Assembly: GCA_021787635.1 (NCBI GenBank)
Contig: JAJYLO010000001.1
Span: 1-59,734, forward strand
Reading direction: 5' to 3'
Source: a bacterium
GTDB taxonomy: Bacteria > Patescibacteriota > Microgenomatia > UBA1406 > GWC2-37-13
Length of the DNA stretch: 59,734 nt
Each line of letters starts with the position of its first letter. Positions within the stretch are counted from its first letter, which is position 1. The notes below the pieces were generated by a model. It was not told the DNA's origin. It saw only the letters and a program-made list of their open reading frames with translations, and did not search any database. A program made the translations under genes and the position numbers. Positions 18,138 to 25,748 of this stretch are shown one piece after another.

Positions 18138-19328
18138 TCAAGGGGGGCATTTGCCGGGATTGTCTTGACAACATTCGGTGCGGGTGCAATAAAATTTATT
18201 CGGTTGGCAGACGCTAGGGTCAAAATACCCGTTACAGTCGCCGCCAATATTCAGGCACCATTTTCCGCAGGACGGCGTCTGGGGAAACTGGTTGGGGCTG
18301 GAAACAGCATACTGGTAATTATGATCACTGTTGGTGCCGCAGCCGCCGACGCCATTACATCCCAGCTGGGAAATGATCGGGTCGCTGGTATTGTTGAGGC
18401 TACTATAAATAATGTATGATTTGGGGCACATGTTGGTGCAGTTGATTGTCGGACAATAGCCGGTGCAGGTGGTCGAATCGACCTGGTAAAGATATTCTTT
18501 GGTGGCATGTTGCGGGTCACAGGGCAGCTGGCTTAGATAAGGGGTAAGAGATGGTGAAGACGATTCGGTGCCGCAAATATAACAGGTTTGCCACCGGGAA
18601 ATTTGATAGCCCCCCACCCCGGTACAGATATTGCTAAATCCCGCCGGTGTCGGTACCGGCTTTTGGTAACAAATCTGGTCCGGCCGGGGATAGCAGCTGT
18701 GATCATTGTAATAATCCTCAAGGACTTTTCGGAGAGTGTCAAGGTCGTGCTTCCGGCGTGCGTCTTGCGCTTTGGCAATTTGCTGCCAGGGATTTAAAAG
18801 CCACAAGGTGGCGGCGGCGAGGAGGGCAAGGAGGGCGATGACGATCGTCAGCTCGAGGAGGGTGAAACTGCTTCGGGTAATAGATTTAGAAGATGGAAGA
18901 TGGAAGATGAGAGATGGAAGATGGAAGATGAGAGATGGAAGATGAGAGATGGAAGATTGAAGATAACGAATTAATCCTATTAATAATTTGCCGATTTCAT
19001 CAGCCTCTTTCTGTAATTGGGAATAGGTTCTGCTATCTAAATAATATAGATCTTTAGCTAGTAAAAGATGATATTTTGTTTCCGCTAACGAACCCTTAGC
19101 TGTATAAAGAAATTGGAGATATTCTTTGCGAGATTTCTTTTCATTACCTTCGACGATATTAGCGGAAATTGAAGAAGCGGATCTTCTAAGTTGATCAACC
19201 AGCAGGTACTTTTCTTCTTTAGGAAACTTTTTAGTAATTTGGTATATTGACAGAACAAACTGATGAGCTTTTTGCCAAACGATCAATCTCTCAAACTTAT
19301 TTAATTTTTTATTATCTTCCATCTTCAA
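18138..19328 (-). CDS. Chimeric ORF: four-helix-bundle protein (23S rRNA IVS / S23p / Avd-like) joined in frame through a heptamer-repeat linker to a Cys-rich type IV pilin-like protein
   Basis: Residues 1-124, LIVWQKAHQFVLSIYQITKKFPKEEKYLLVDQLRRSASSISANIVEGNEKKSRKEYLQFLYTAKGSLAETKYHL, fit the four-helix-bundle family. The linker is SHLPSLIFHLPSLIFHLPSS. Then comes a prepilin motif TRSS/FTLLELTIVIALLALLAAA and a ~230-aa domain with more than 20 Cys. Confidence 0.75.
   Translation of the reverse strand: MKMEDNKKLNKFERLIVWQKAHQFVLSIYQITKKFPKEEKYLLVDQLRRSASSISANIVEGNEKKSRKEYLQFLYTAKGSLAETKYHLLLAKDLYYLDSRTYSQLQKEADEIGKLLIGLIRYLQSSISHLPSLIFHLPSLIFHLPSSKSITRSSFTLLELTIVIALLALLAAATLWLLNPWQQIAKAQDARRKHDLDTLRKVLEDYYNDHSCYPRPDQICYQKPVPTPAGFSNICTGVGGYQISRWQTCYICGTESSSPSLTPYLSQLPCDPQHATKEYLYQVDSTTCTGYCPTINCTNMCPKSYIIYSSLNNTSDPIISQLGCNGVGGCGTNSDHNYQYAVSSPNQFPQTPSCGKWCLNIGGDCNGYFDPSVCQPNKFYCTRTECCQDNPGKCPP
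18892..18961. repeat. Ten tandem heptamers GATGRRA (plus strand) forming the linker between the four-helix-bundle and pilin parts
   Basis: Read directly: gatggaa gatggaa gatgaga gatggaa gatggaa gatgaga gatggaa gatgaga gatggaa gattgaa. Confidence 0.9.
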
Positions 19329-19344
19329 TCTTTAATCTTCTATC
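19314..19344. repeat. 4.4 tandem heptamers ATCTTYN, the reverse complement of the 18892-18961 unit
   Basis: atcttcc atcttca atcttta atcttct atc. Covers the TTG/ATG start of the four-helix-bundle ORF and abuts the stop of the giant gene. Confidence 0.85.
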
Positions 19345-22300
19345 TAATTAATGATCAGCCAATTAAATTGTATATTGTTTATCACCGGTTTATCAATAGT
19401 AATGATAAAGTATGGCTTATCGCTGACGATCTTTTGGCTGACCGTCAACGGCGGGGAGCCAGGCGTGGTGGGGGTAATGTAGATCAGGGAATCGGCCTTC
19501 ACACTACTATTATATATAAGTATCTCGGTGGAGTTCGCCGGCAAAATGCCGACACCCGCCGATTGTGACTTCGTCTCAATGGCCGGGGCATTGATCCCGT
19601 TCTGGACCAGATTATCAGGCGCGGCAATCACCGCCGCCGACGAGGTGGCGTCCATATATTTATTGCCAATTGCTAAATTGTTGATTGTTAAATTGTTGAA
19701 TTGAGCCGATCCCGAAGCATCAATAGATGCGACCGTGTCTCCCACCGGATTCTTGATCTGCAGCCCCTGGGCGATGATTTCGCCTTTGGTCGTGATTGTC
19801 CCGTCGCGGGCGATGACGACGCCGCCGTCAAACAAGGTGATCGTATTAAACGCCGACAGTTTCAAATCGGAGGCGAGGGAGAGAATGGAATTATTTTCAA
19901 TAAACGTCTGGCCGATAAGCATGGAACCGGCGACGGAAACGTTGTAAAGATTAGATTGGCCGGTGACGGTCAGGGAGTCGGATTTTAGATCTAAGATGGA
20001 AGATGGAGGATTGGAAGATGAAGAACTTCCATCTGTTATCTTCGATCCTCCACCTAATGTAATATTCTGGTAATAATTTGCATTCGGCAACGGCTGATTT
20101 TGAATTTTGGCGAGCAACGATTGGATATCGTTCACGTTCGATGATAATGTATCGAGCGACGACGATTGGGAAGCGACATTATTTTCCAACTGATTGATAT
20201 TTTCCGACCGGACATTTTGGGCGACAAGAGTGCCGGAAACAGTCGCCGATTGAGCAACGAGTGTCCCGGAAATGGTCGCATTTTGCGCAGAGAGCGTACC
20301 GCTGAATGAGGCATTGCCGGCAGCGTCAATACTGGCGACAGTGGCATTATTGAGGCCTCTAATGATAATTTTGGCAAGTTTGCCTTTATCGTTAGGGGGT
20401 AGGGAGTTGGGAGTAGGTTGTAGGTTAATCGTCAAATCTCCATTTTGTGGTGCAATTTCGTTCGTCTGTATTTTATTTAGTTGTGCCGAGCCGGTGGCGA
20501 CAATGTCTTTGGTTTCGGCAATCGGCGAAACGACGGATTGTGAACCGAGAACCGCCCGGATTCTGTTATCGATATAATCCTGAAGGCTTTTGCCGGCGAT
20601 AGTAATATTGCCGCTGGTGACATTGAGGCTGTCGGTAACGATATTTTGAGCATTGACCAACCCGGCCGTCAATTTGCCAATAACTGCTTGGGCGTAGGCG
20701 CCGATATCGTCGACGATAGTGCCCGTGTCAAACTTGACGGTATAACCGTTATTATTTAAATTCCCGTCATATACCAGCTGGGGCGTGCTGACGTTGCCGG
20801 AGGAATCGACGTTCAGCCGGCTCATGTCCGGATCGTTGATGGTCAGGCCGCCAACATCCGATGACGAGCGGGTATTTTTCCACTGGGCGTAGTCGAAGCG
20901 GGGCGCGGTCAGCCGGTAGCTGACGACGGTCGGCCGCGAGGCGTAAATAACCAATTGGAAATTGGCCGGGTCGACCGTATACCAAGTGCGGGCATTGGTG
21001 GTCGGCGTCAGGAGCGGAATCAGGTTTTGCATCGTATTGCGCAAATTGGTGACTTTGGCAAAAAGCCACAGGTCGGACGCTTTATCGGCATTATTGAAAT
21101 TGATGATATGGCGGTAGCCGACGCCGGCGACGTGCTCGTTGACGGCGACGGTGCCGGTCGTTTCTTCTTTGACGCCGGTCATTGACGGGTTATAAGTGGC
21201 GTATTTTTCGCCATTAATGACGTACGGCGGATCGATCGTGCCGGCGTCGATTTTGCCATCGCAGTTGGCGACGCCGGAAGAATAAGTGGTGTTGACGCAC
21301 AGGGTGGCACTGGGGGTAGCAGTGCTATTTATTATCAGCGTGCTGCCGGAGGCAGCAGTGATTGTCGGGCCGTTGGTCGGGCCGCCGGGGGTATTGTCTT
21401 CCAATATCATGTTCCAGTTGGTATCGGTGTTTTGGGCATATGAGTGTAACATGTTTATATAGCTCATGCCGGCCGGATCAAGATAGCGAGTATTGTCGGA
21501 ATTGTCGTAATACTTTTCAGCGTTGATACTGCCGCTGCCGACGTCCAATCTTTGTGTCGGGCTGGTTACGCCGATCCCCACATTACCGCTGACATAAAGT
21601 TCATTACTTTGTGGTAAGGCATTTGCCGGTAATGAGCCGATGGCGACGGAGCCGTTGACATCCAGTTTATCCAAGGGAGCGGTGGTGCCGATGCCTAAAT
21701 TACCGGTAATATCGCTATTGCCCGATACTTCGAGTTTATTGGCCGGCGCGGTCGTTCCAATGCCCACATTGCCGTTGTTTAAGACTGTCAGCCCCCTAGT
21801 CGTACCGTCGGCCGCCAGTGTGGAAAAGATATTGATGGGGGTAGCGGTAATCACCCACTGGTCATTTAAAGTATGGCCGGTTGTGGCTCCAAAAGTAATC
21901 GTTACTCCATTAGTCAGCGTCTGGGCCGATCCGGTGATGGCGACGCCTGTCGTCCATGATCCCGCGCCTTTTTGCCACTTGAAGGTATCCGGTGTCCCTG
22001 TCGCGTCGATGACGACGGTATAGGTCTGGGCAGTAGTATCGGTACCGGTATAAGTGCCGCCGGAAGTGGCATCATTTAAGCCGGTGCCGGTAAAGACGGC
22101 GCTGCCGATACTGCCCGATCCTTTGACATCCAATTTGTATGCCGGTGAAATGGTGCCGATGCCGACGTTGCCACTGCTATCTATCAACATCCGATACGCT
22201 GTTGCTGTACTGTCATAAATACCAAAAGCTCCGCTATTAGCTCCCAATGTACCAAGACTCTGTACTAACCAGTCCCGGGAAGCTTTAAGTTCCAAATTAG

Positions 22301-23918
22301 AATTATAGGAAGTGTTCGCATTTTCGACTAAACTAGTTAAATTTGCGGTAGAATTTTGATAAACATGTAACTTTTGACTCGGCCCCGTCGTCCCAATTCC
22401 CACATTGCCGGAAACATATAACTCATTACTTTGTGGTAAGGCATTTGCCGGTAATGAGCCGATGGCAGCTGAACCATTCACGTCCAGCTTGTTTAATGGG
22501 GTAGTGGTGCCGATGCCGACGTTGCCATTTTGGTCTATTCTCATTCTTTCAGATACGCCAGAGACTCCTGTAGCGAAAGTCAAACTTCCAGTTGAATCGT
22601 TCCCAATATAATTATTGTTTGTTGCTGAAGCATAATAGGTGTAGATCTTGTTTCCTATACTGTTTCCAGTAGTAATATTTCCACGTACGTCTAGTGTCTG
22701 AACTGGACTCGTCGTCCCAATCCCGACGTTGCCGCCGTTTTTGACGTATAAATTATCGCTACCAGCGGTTTGTAATCTTAAATTCCCGCTTTCCGAAGCA
22801 TTGAGGATGATGTCGCCGGTCGACGCCGACTGGATGGTAACTGCCGCGGCGCTTGTCAAAGCGAAAGTGGCGCTAGTCGCTGTCGAGCGGATGCCGGGCG
22901 CCGCCGCCGCCAGTAGCAGATCACCATCTTTATTGATAAAGGGAACGTTGCTGGTATTTCCACCAGGCGGCAGGCCCTGAAGGGTCGCGGCATTCATCGC
23001 ATATCCCACGTTCGCAATTTGTTGGCGCGGAGTCATTTCCGCATCGCTTGCCACTTGTATACTCATATAAACATTGGCATTTTCGGTAAAGACCGATGGA
23101 TCGATTTGGCTCCCGCAGACCGACTGGGGTGGAGTGGGGGAATAGCCCGATCCGCCAATGAGAACAGAAAAGATTCCGTCCGTATCGGGAGTGATAGAAC
23201 AAGCACCGGTGTCATAAAGCATGGTGCCGGCTGCGGGGGCATTGTACAGGCGGAAATCGACATTGACGGCCGAATTGATCGGATTTTTAGTGCTGTCGGT
23301 GAGGCGGCCCTGGAAGGAAAGAATCCGGCCAGCGGTAACCGGCGCAATAGGGTAAGCAAACGTCCGTGGACTTTTGTTAAAGAATTGATTGTAAAGTCCC
23401 GCACCGAGGACAGCGAGGAAGATTATAACAATGGTAAAGGCGACGTATTGTTGCGGTGACAATTCCTGTAGGGACGCGGTTTCTGCGCCCTTCATATTTT
23501 GTGTACGGGTGGTTGACGGGTCGGGAGACCCGGCCCCAACATTTTTGATGTTCAATAACGGAATCCGTTTCAATATCCCGAAAATGAATGATTTAATTTT
23601 ATTGGCCGATTCGAACTGGTCGATTGACGGCACGGTATCGATGATCATTCTGGCTTCAGATCGGGCTTGTTCCGTGTTCCGCGTTTTTCCGCGTTGATTT
23701 CCGCGTTGTTCGGCGGTGGCGCTGGAAAGATAATTAGCGATTAGTGGTCTTATCTGCTGATAGGAGGCAGTATCTATAAACCCCTTCCCGTGAGCCCAAT
23801 CTAAAAACTTATCCACCGACCGTAATTTCTTGGCCACAGTTGAGGAAGATTCTCCACGATCGTGAAGAGTTTGGATATAGCCTCGAATTGTTTCCGGTCT
23901 AATCGATTTAAAATTCAT
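19344..23918 (-). CDS. Giant (1524 aa) membrane-anchored surface protein: N-terminal integrase SAM-like (core-binding) domain, one TM, extracellular fibre with GNVGIGTT repeats
   Basis: The N-terminus ETIRGYIQTLHDRGESSSTVAKKLRSVDKFLDWAHGKGFI resembles the Xer/phage-integrase N-terminal domain. TM is YVAFTIVIIFLAVLGAGLY (~aa 158-176). Repeats such as LYVSGNVGIGTTGPSQ follow. Confidence 0.8.
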   Translation of the reverse strand: MNFKSIRPETIRGYIQTLHDRGESSSTVAKKLRSVDKFLDWAHGKGFIDTASYQQIRPLIANYLSSATAEQRGNQRGKTRNTEQARSEARMIIDTVPSIDQFESANKIKSFIFGILKRIPLLNIKNVGAGSPDPSTTRTQNMKGAETASLQELSPQQYVAFTIVIIFLAVLGAGLYNQFFNKSPRTFAYPIAPVTAGRILSFQGRLTDSTKNPINSAVNVDFRLYNAPAAGTMLYDTGACSITPDTDGIFSVLIGGSGYSPTPPQSVCGSQIDPSVFTENANVYMSIQVASDAEMTPRQQIANVGYAMNAATLQGLPPGGNTSNVPFINKDGDLLLAAAAPGIRSTATSATFALTSAAAVTIQSASTGDIILNASESGNLRLQTAGSDNLYVKNGGNVGIGTTSPVQTLDVRGNITTGNSIGNKIYTYYASATNNNYIGNDSTGSLTFATGVSGVSERMRIDQNGNVGIGTTTPLNKLDVNGSAAIGSLPANALPQSNELYVSGNVGIGTTGPSQKLHVYQNSTANLTSLVENANTSYNSNLELKASRDWLVQSLGTLGANSGAFGIYDSTATAYRMLIDSSGNVGIGTISPAYKLDVKGSGSIGSAVFTGTGLNDATSGGTYTGTDTTAQTYTVVIDATGTPDTFKWQKGAGSWTTGVAITGSAQTLTNGVTITFGATTGHTLNDQWVITATPINIFSTLAADGTTRGLTVLNNGNVGIGTTAPANKLEVSGNSDITGNLGIGTTAPLDKLDVNGSVAIGSLPANALPQSNELYVSGNVGIGVTSPTQRLDVGSGSINAEKYYDNSDNTRYLDPAGMSYINMLHSYAQNTDTNWNMILEDNTPGGPTNGPTITAASGSTLIINSTATPSATLCVNTTYSSGVANCDGKIDAGTIDPPYVINGEKYATYNPSMTGVKEETTGTVAVNEHVAGVGYRHIINFNNADKASDLWLFAKVTNLRNTMQNLIPLLTPTTNARTWYTVDPANFQLVIYASRPTVVSYRLTAPRFDYAQWKNTRSSSDVGGLTINDPDMSRLNVDSSGNVSTPQLVYDGNLNNNGYTVKFDTGTIVDDIGAYAQAVIGKLTAGLVNAQNIVTDSLNVTSGNITIAGKSLQDYIDNRIRAVLGSQSVVSPIAETKDIVATGSAQLNKIQTNEIAPQNGDLTINLQPTPNSLPPNDKGKLAKIIIRGLNNATVASIDAAGNASFSGTLSAQNATISGTLVAQSATVSGTLVAQNVRSENINQLENNVASQSSSLDTLSSNVNDIQSLLAKIQNQPLPNANYYQNITLGGGSKITDGSSSSSNPPSSILDLKSDSLTVTGQSNLYNVSVAGSMLIGQTFIENNSILSLASDLKLSAFNTITLFDGGVVIARDGTITTKGEIIAQGLQIKNPVGDTVASIDASGSAQFNNLTINNLAIGNKYMDATSSAAVIAAPDNLVQNGINAPAIETKSQSAGVGILPANSTEILIYNSSVKADSLIYITPTTPGSPPLTVSQKIVSDKPYFIITIDKPVINNIQFNWLIIN
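19994..20054. repeat. Heptamer-built imperfect hairpin lying in frame inside the giant gene
   Basis: agatggaagatggaggattggaagatgaag aa cttccatctgttatcttcgatcctccacc. Arms ggaggat/atcctcc and gatgaag/cttc(c)atc. Same GAAGATG unit as around the four-helix-bundle ORF. Confidence 0.7.
23670..23716. repeat. Irregular tandem TTCCGCG(TT) repeats in frame in the giant gene's cytoplasmic part
   Basis: ttccgtg ttccgcg tttttccgcg ttgatttccgcg ttgttcggcgg encodes (minus strand) AEQRGNQRGKTRNTEQ. Confidence 0.7.
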
Positions 23919-24024
23919 AGTTACTTTTTAAAGCGACCGAAGATCAGTTTTTCCGCCGGGTCGACTTTAAGCCCTTGATTTGTAATTAAAAACTGATGAT
24001 TTAAAATTTTGAATTGAGTAGTTT

Positions 24025-24064
24025 TATATATATTAAATACGCGCGCGCGCGAAAAAATATATAT
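24025..24064. other. (TA)n-flanked alternating (CG)6 tract upstream of the giant gene
   Basis: tatatatattaaata cgcgcgcgcgcg aaaaaatatatat. Confidence 0.7.
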
Positions 24065-24129
24065 CTGGCGGATAGGGTATAGTACTAAGGTTTTCACTAT
24101 TTTCATGATCCAGGATTTAAGATTTATGA

Positions 24130-24318
24130 TTAACGAAAAGCCAATCGCCGGCGTAAACCGAATCGCCGCTGGCTGCTTATTTTATCTTTTGGTCTGGATT
24201 CGATCACGGCCGAATCGTAAGGGCTGCCTTCCGCCGCCGGATCAAATAACAATTTGAGCGCGTTTAGCGCATATTTAGGGCTTTTTGAAGCCCAAGAGAT
24301 CATAGAAACAGTTTTCAT
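24130..24318 (-). CDS. Possible small hypothetical protein (62 aa)
   Basis: ORF lies directly downstream of the SAM-like gene on the operon strand. No recognisable motif. Confidence 0.25.
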   Translation of the reverse strand: MKTVSMISWASKSPKYALNALKLLFDPAAEGSPYDSAVIESRPKDKISSQRRFGLRRRLAFR

Positions 24319-24324
24319 ATAGTT

Positions 24325-24780
24325 TTATGAATTTATAATGGTGAAAAACTCGTTGAGATCATCTAAATCGTCACTTTGCGCCTCCGTGTCGGATTGGAAT
24401 TGAATCAAGGTGTTAGATAATGATATTGATCCAACGTTACCGATTTTTTTCGCCACATTTTCCTTTATCCAGCCTTGGGTGATGCAGAAAGAACAAAACT
24501 TTCGCATTGTTGAGAGGCGACGATTAATGGTTTTGGGAGGAATACGATTAGTGGTTAGATAATTTTTATATTCGGCGATTGTTTCGGCGGTTAACAATTT
24601 TTGTAGGAGCAAGGCTTCCTCGTCCTTATTTACTACATTTTGTTGCGTATTTGTTATCCACCCGGCGAAATGCCGGAAATCAGACAGGTAATTCTTGATT
24701 GAAACCGGTTTGGCATTTCCCGCAAAAAGGTAATTCCGAAACGGGGCCTCAAAATTATAAAGATTATACGGGTGAACCAT
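24325..24780 (-). CDS. Stand-alone integrase SAM-like (core-binding) domain protein, no catalytic domain
   Basis: SIKNYLSDFRHFAGWI..TAETIAEYKNYLTTNRIPPKTINRRLSTMRKFCSFCITQGWIKEN. Only 151 aa. First gene of the minus-strand operon. Confidence 0.7.
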   Translation of the reverse strand: MVHPYNLYNFEAPFRNYLFAGNAKPVSIKNYLSDFRHFAGWITNTQQNVVNKDEEALLLQKLLTAETIAEYKNYLTTNRIPPKTINRRLSTMRKFCSFCITQGWIKENVAKKIGNVGSISLSNTLIQFQSDTEAQSDDLDDLNEFFTIINS

Positions 24781-24966
24781 ATGATTTCATAATAAAACAA
24801 TAATAATAACGGTGTCAAGAGGTATTTTATATATATTTTGATATAGAAATTACCGCGAATTAGAAATAAATTTAAACGAATAAAAATACCTCATAGTAAG
24901 ATTTAATTGTATTTAATATAATTACCGTATGGTTCATTTGCTTACGCTTTTATATCAAATAACATC

Positions 24967-25037
24967 ATAAATCTTATAGTAATATGTCCTTATAGTTGAT
25001 ATGTTCTTATAGTTGATATGTTCTTATAGTTGATATG
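24967..25037. repeat. 17-bp direct repeats (3 good + 1 degenerate copy), iteron-like
   Basis: atgtccttatagttgat (24984-25000), atgttcttatagttgat (25001-25017), atgttcttatagttgat (25018-25034), preceded by ataaatcttatagtaat. Confidence 0.9.
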
Positions 25038-25273
25038 AGCCTGGTGTTAACCGCTCCGGCGTCGGGAAGTTAGTCAGTCGATCGCTATACTTTACAACCA
25101 AAGCTACTGGAGAAAATCGAAAATTTGAATTTTCCCCTTATAACATCAAGCTAAAAATTGCGTAAAGAACGTGTAAGAAGCGTGATTATCAGTTGATGTA
25201 TTTATTTGCTAAATATTAAAAAATGTCCGATGGATTATAAATACGCTTTAAACCGAATTGATGGGTGATGGGG

Positions 25274-25303
25274 TTGACTTTTTCTGTTAAATTTAGCTAT
25301 ATT
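25274..25303 (+). promoter_or_regulatory. Promoter-like TTGACT-18-TATATT upstream of 25318
   Basis: ttgact ttttctgttaaatttagc tatatt. Confidence 0.4.
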
Positions 25304-25317
25304 TATATTAGGGTTAT

Positions 25318-25731
25318 ATGAAAAAGTTATTCTTTTTTTTACTAATAATATTGTTTATTTTGGTTGGGTTTTCCCTGTTTTTTTGGCTTTATGAAGTGAA
25401 ATTCTTCGTTGGCCGCGCCGCCGTTACCGCCCAGTCTTTTTCCATCGACAATTCCTATCTTTTTACGACGCCACTGCGGGCGATGGCCAACGGACAAGAA
25501 AAAATCCGAGTGACGGTATTTATTCTCAACAATCAGGGATTGGGGGTAATGGGGAAAACGGTGCAGATGGGGCCGGATAAAAACCTGGTAATCGAAACAA
25601 TTCAGGGCCTCACAGACGGCTATGGTAAAGCCTATTTTGACGTATCTTCGACCCATGCGGGCGATTACTTCCTCCAGATTACAGCTGATGGTAAGGCGCT
25701 AAAACAGCAAGTCCACCTGTCTTTTTATTAA
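25318..25731 (+). CDS. Small membrane-anchored protein with a bacterial Ig-like (Big_1-like) domain
   Basis: N-terminal TM; KIRVTVFILNNQGLGVMGKTVQM..GYGKAYFDVSSTHAGDYFLQITADG. Confidence 0.55.
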   Translation: MKKLFFFLLIILFILVGFSLFFWLYEVKFFVGRAAVTAQSFSIDNSYLFTTPLRAMANGQEKIRVTVFILNNQGLGVMGKTVQMGPDKNLVIETIQGLTDGYGKAYFDVSSTHAGDYFLQITADGKALKQQVHLSFY

Positions 25732-25748
25732 TATAATTAAAACGCTGA

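Noticed and set aside
18892-18961. CRISPR array (also considered for 24967-25037 and the leuS tracts)
   Set aside because: The units are 7 or 17 nt and directly abutting, with no spacers. There are no cas genes.
18138-23918. Diversity-generating retroelement (the Avd-like four-helix-bundle gene sits next to large repeat-bearing surface proteins)
   Set aside because: No reverse transcriptase ORF lies anywhere in the window. The only long internal repeat I found in the giant gene (21598-21675 against 22418-22495, with a 44-nt identical core) differs at mixed positions, not at adenine-specific sites as a TR/VR pair would.
16177-23918. Prophage or phage remnant (S74 tail-fibre chaperone domain, fibre repeats; also the collagen-like and M23 genes at 55.8-59.7 kb)
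   Set aside because: There are no capsid, portal, terminase, tape-measure or catalytic integrase genes. The neighbours are cellular genes, and the integrase-like sequences are only N-terminal domains.
23921-24106. 61-aa ORF on the operon strand
   Set aside because: It spans the TA/CG low-complexity tract, has no motif, and its composition looks non-coding. More likely it is the 5' leader of the giant gene.
24781-25317. Hidden structural RNA (SRP RNA, RNase P, tmRNA, tRNA) or a replication origin in the long AT-rich spacer
   Set aside because: I could not find the conserved SRP domain IV motif, the RNase P GAGGAAAGUCC motif, a tRNA T-arm (GGTTCGAAT-like) or DnaA boxes (TTATCCACA). Only the iterons are reported.
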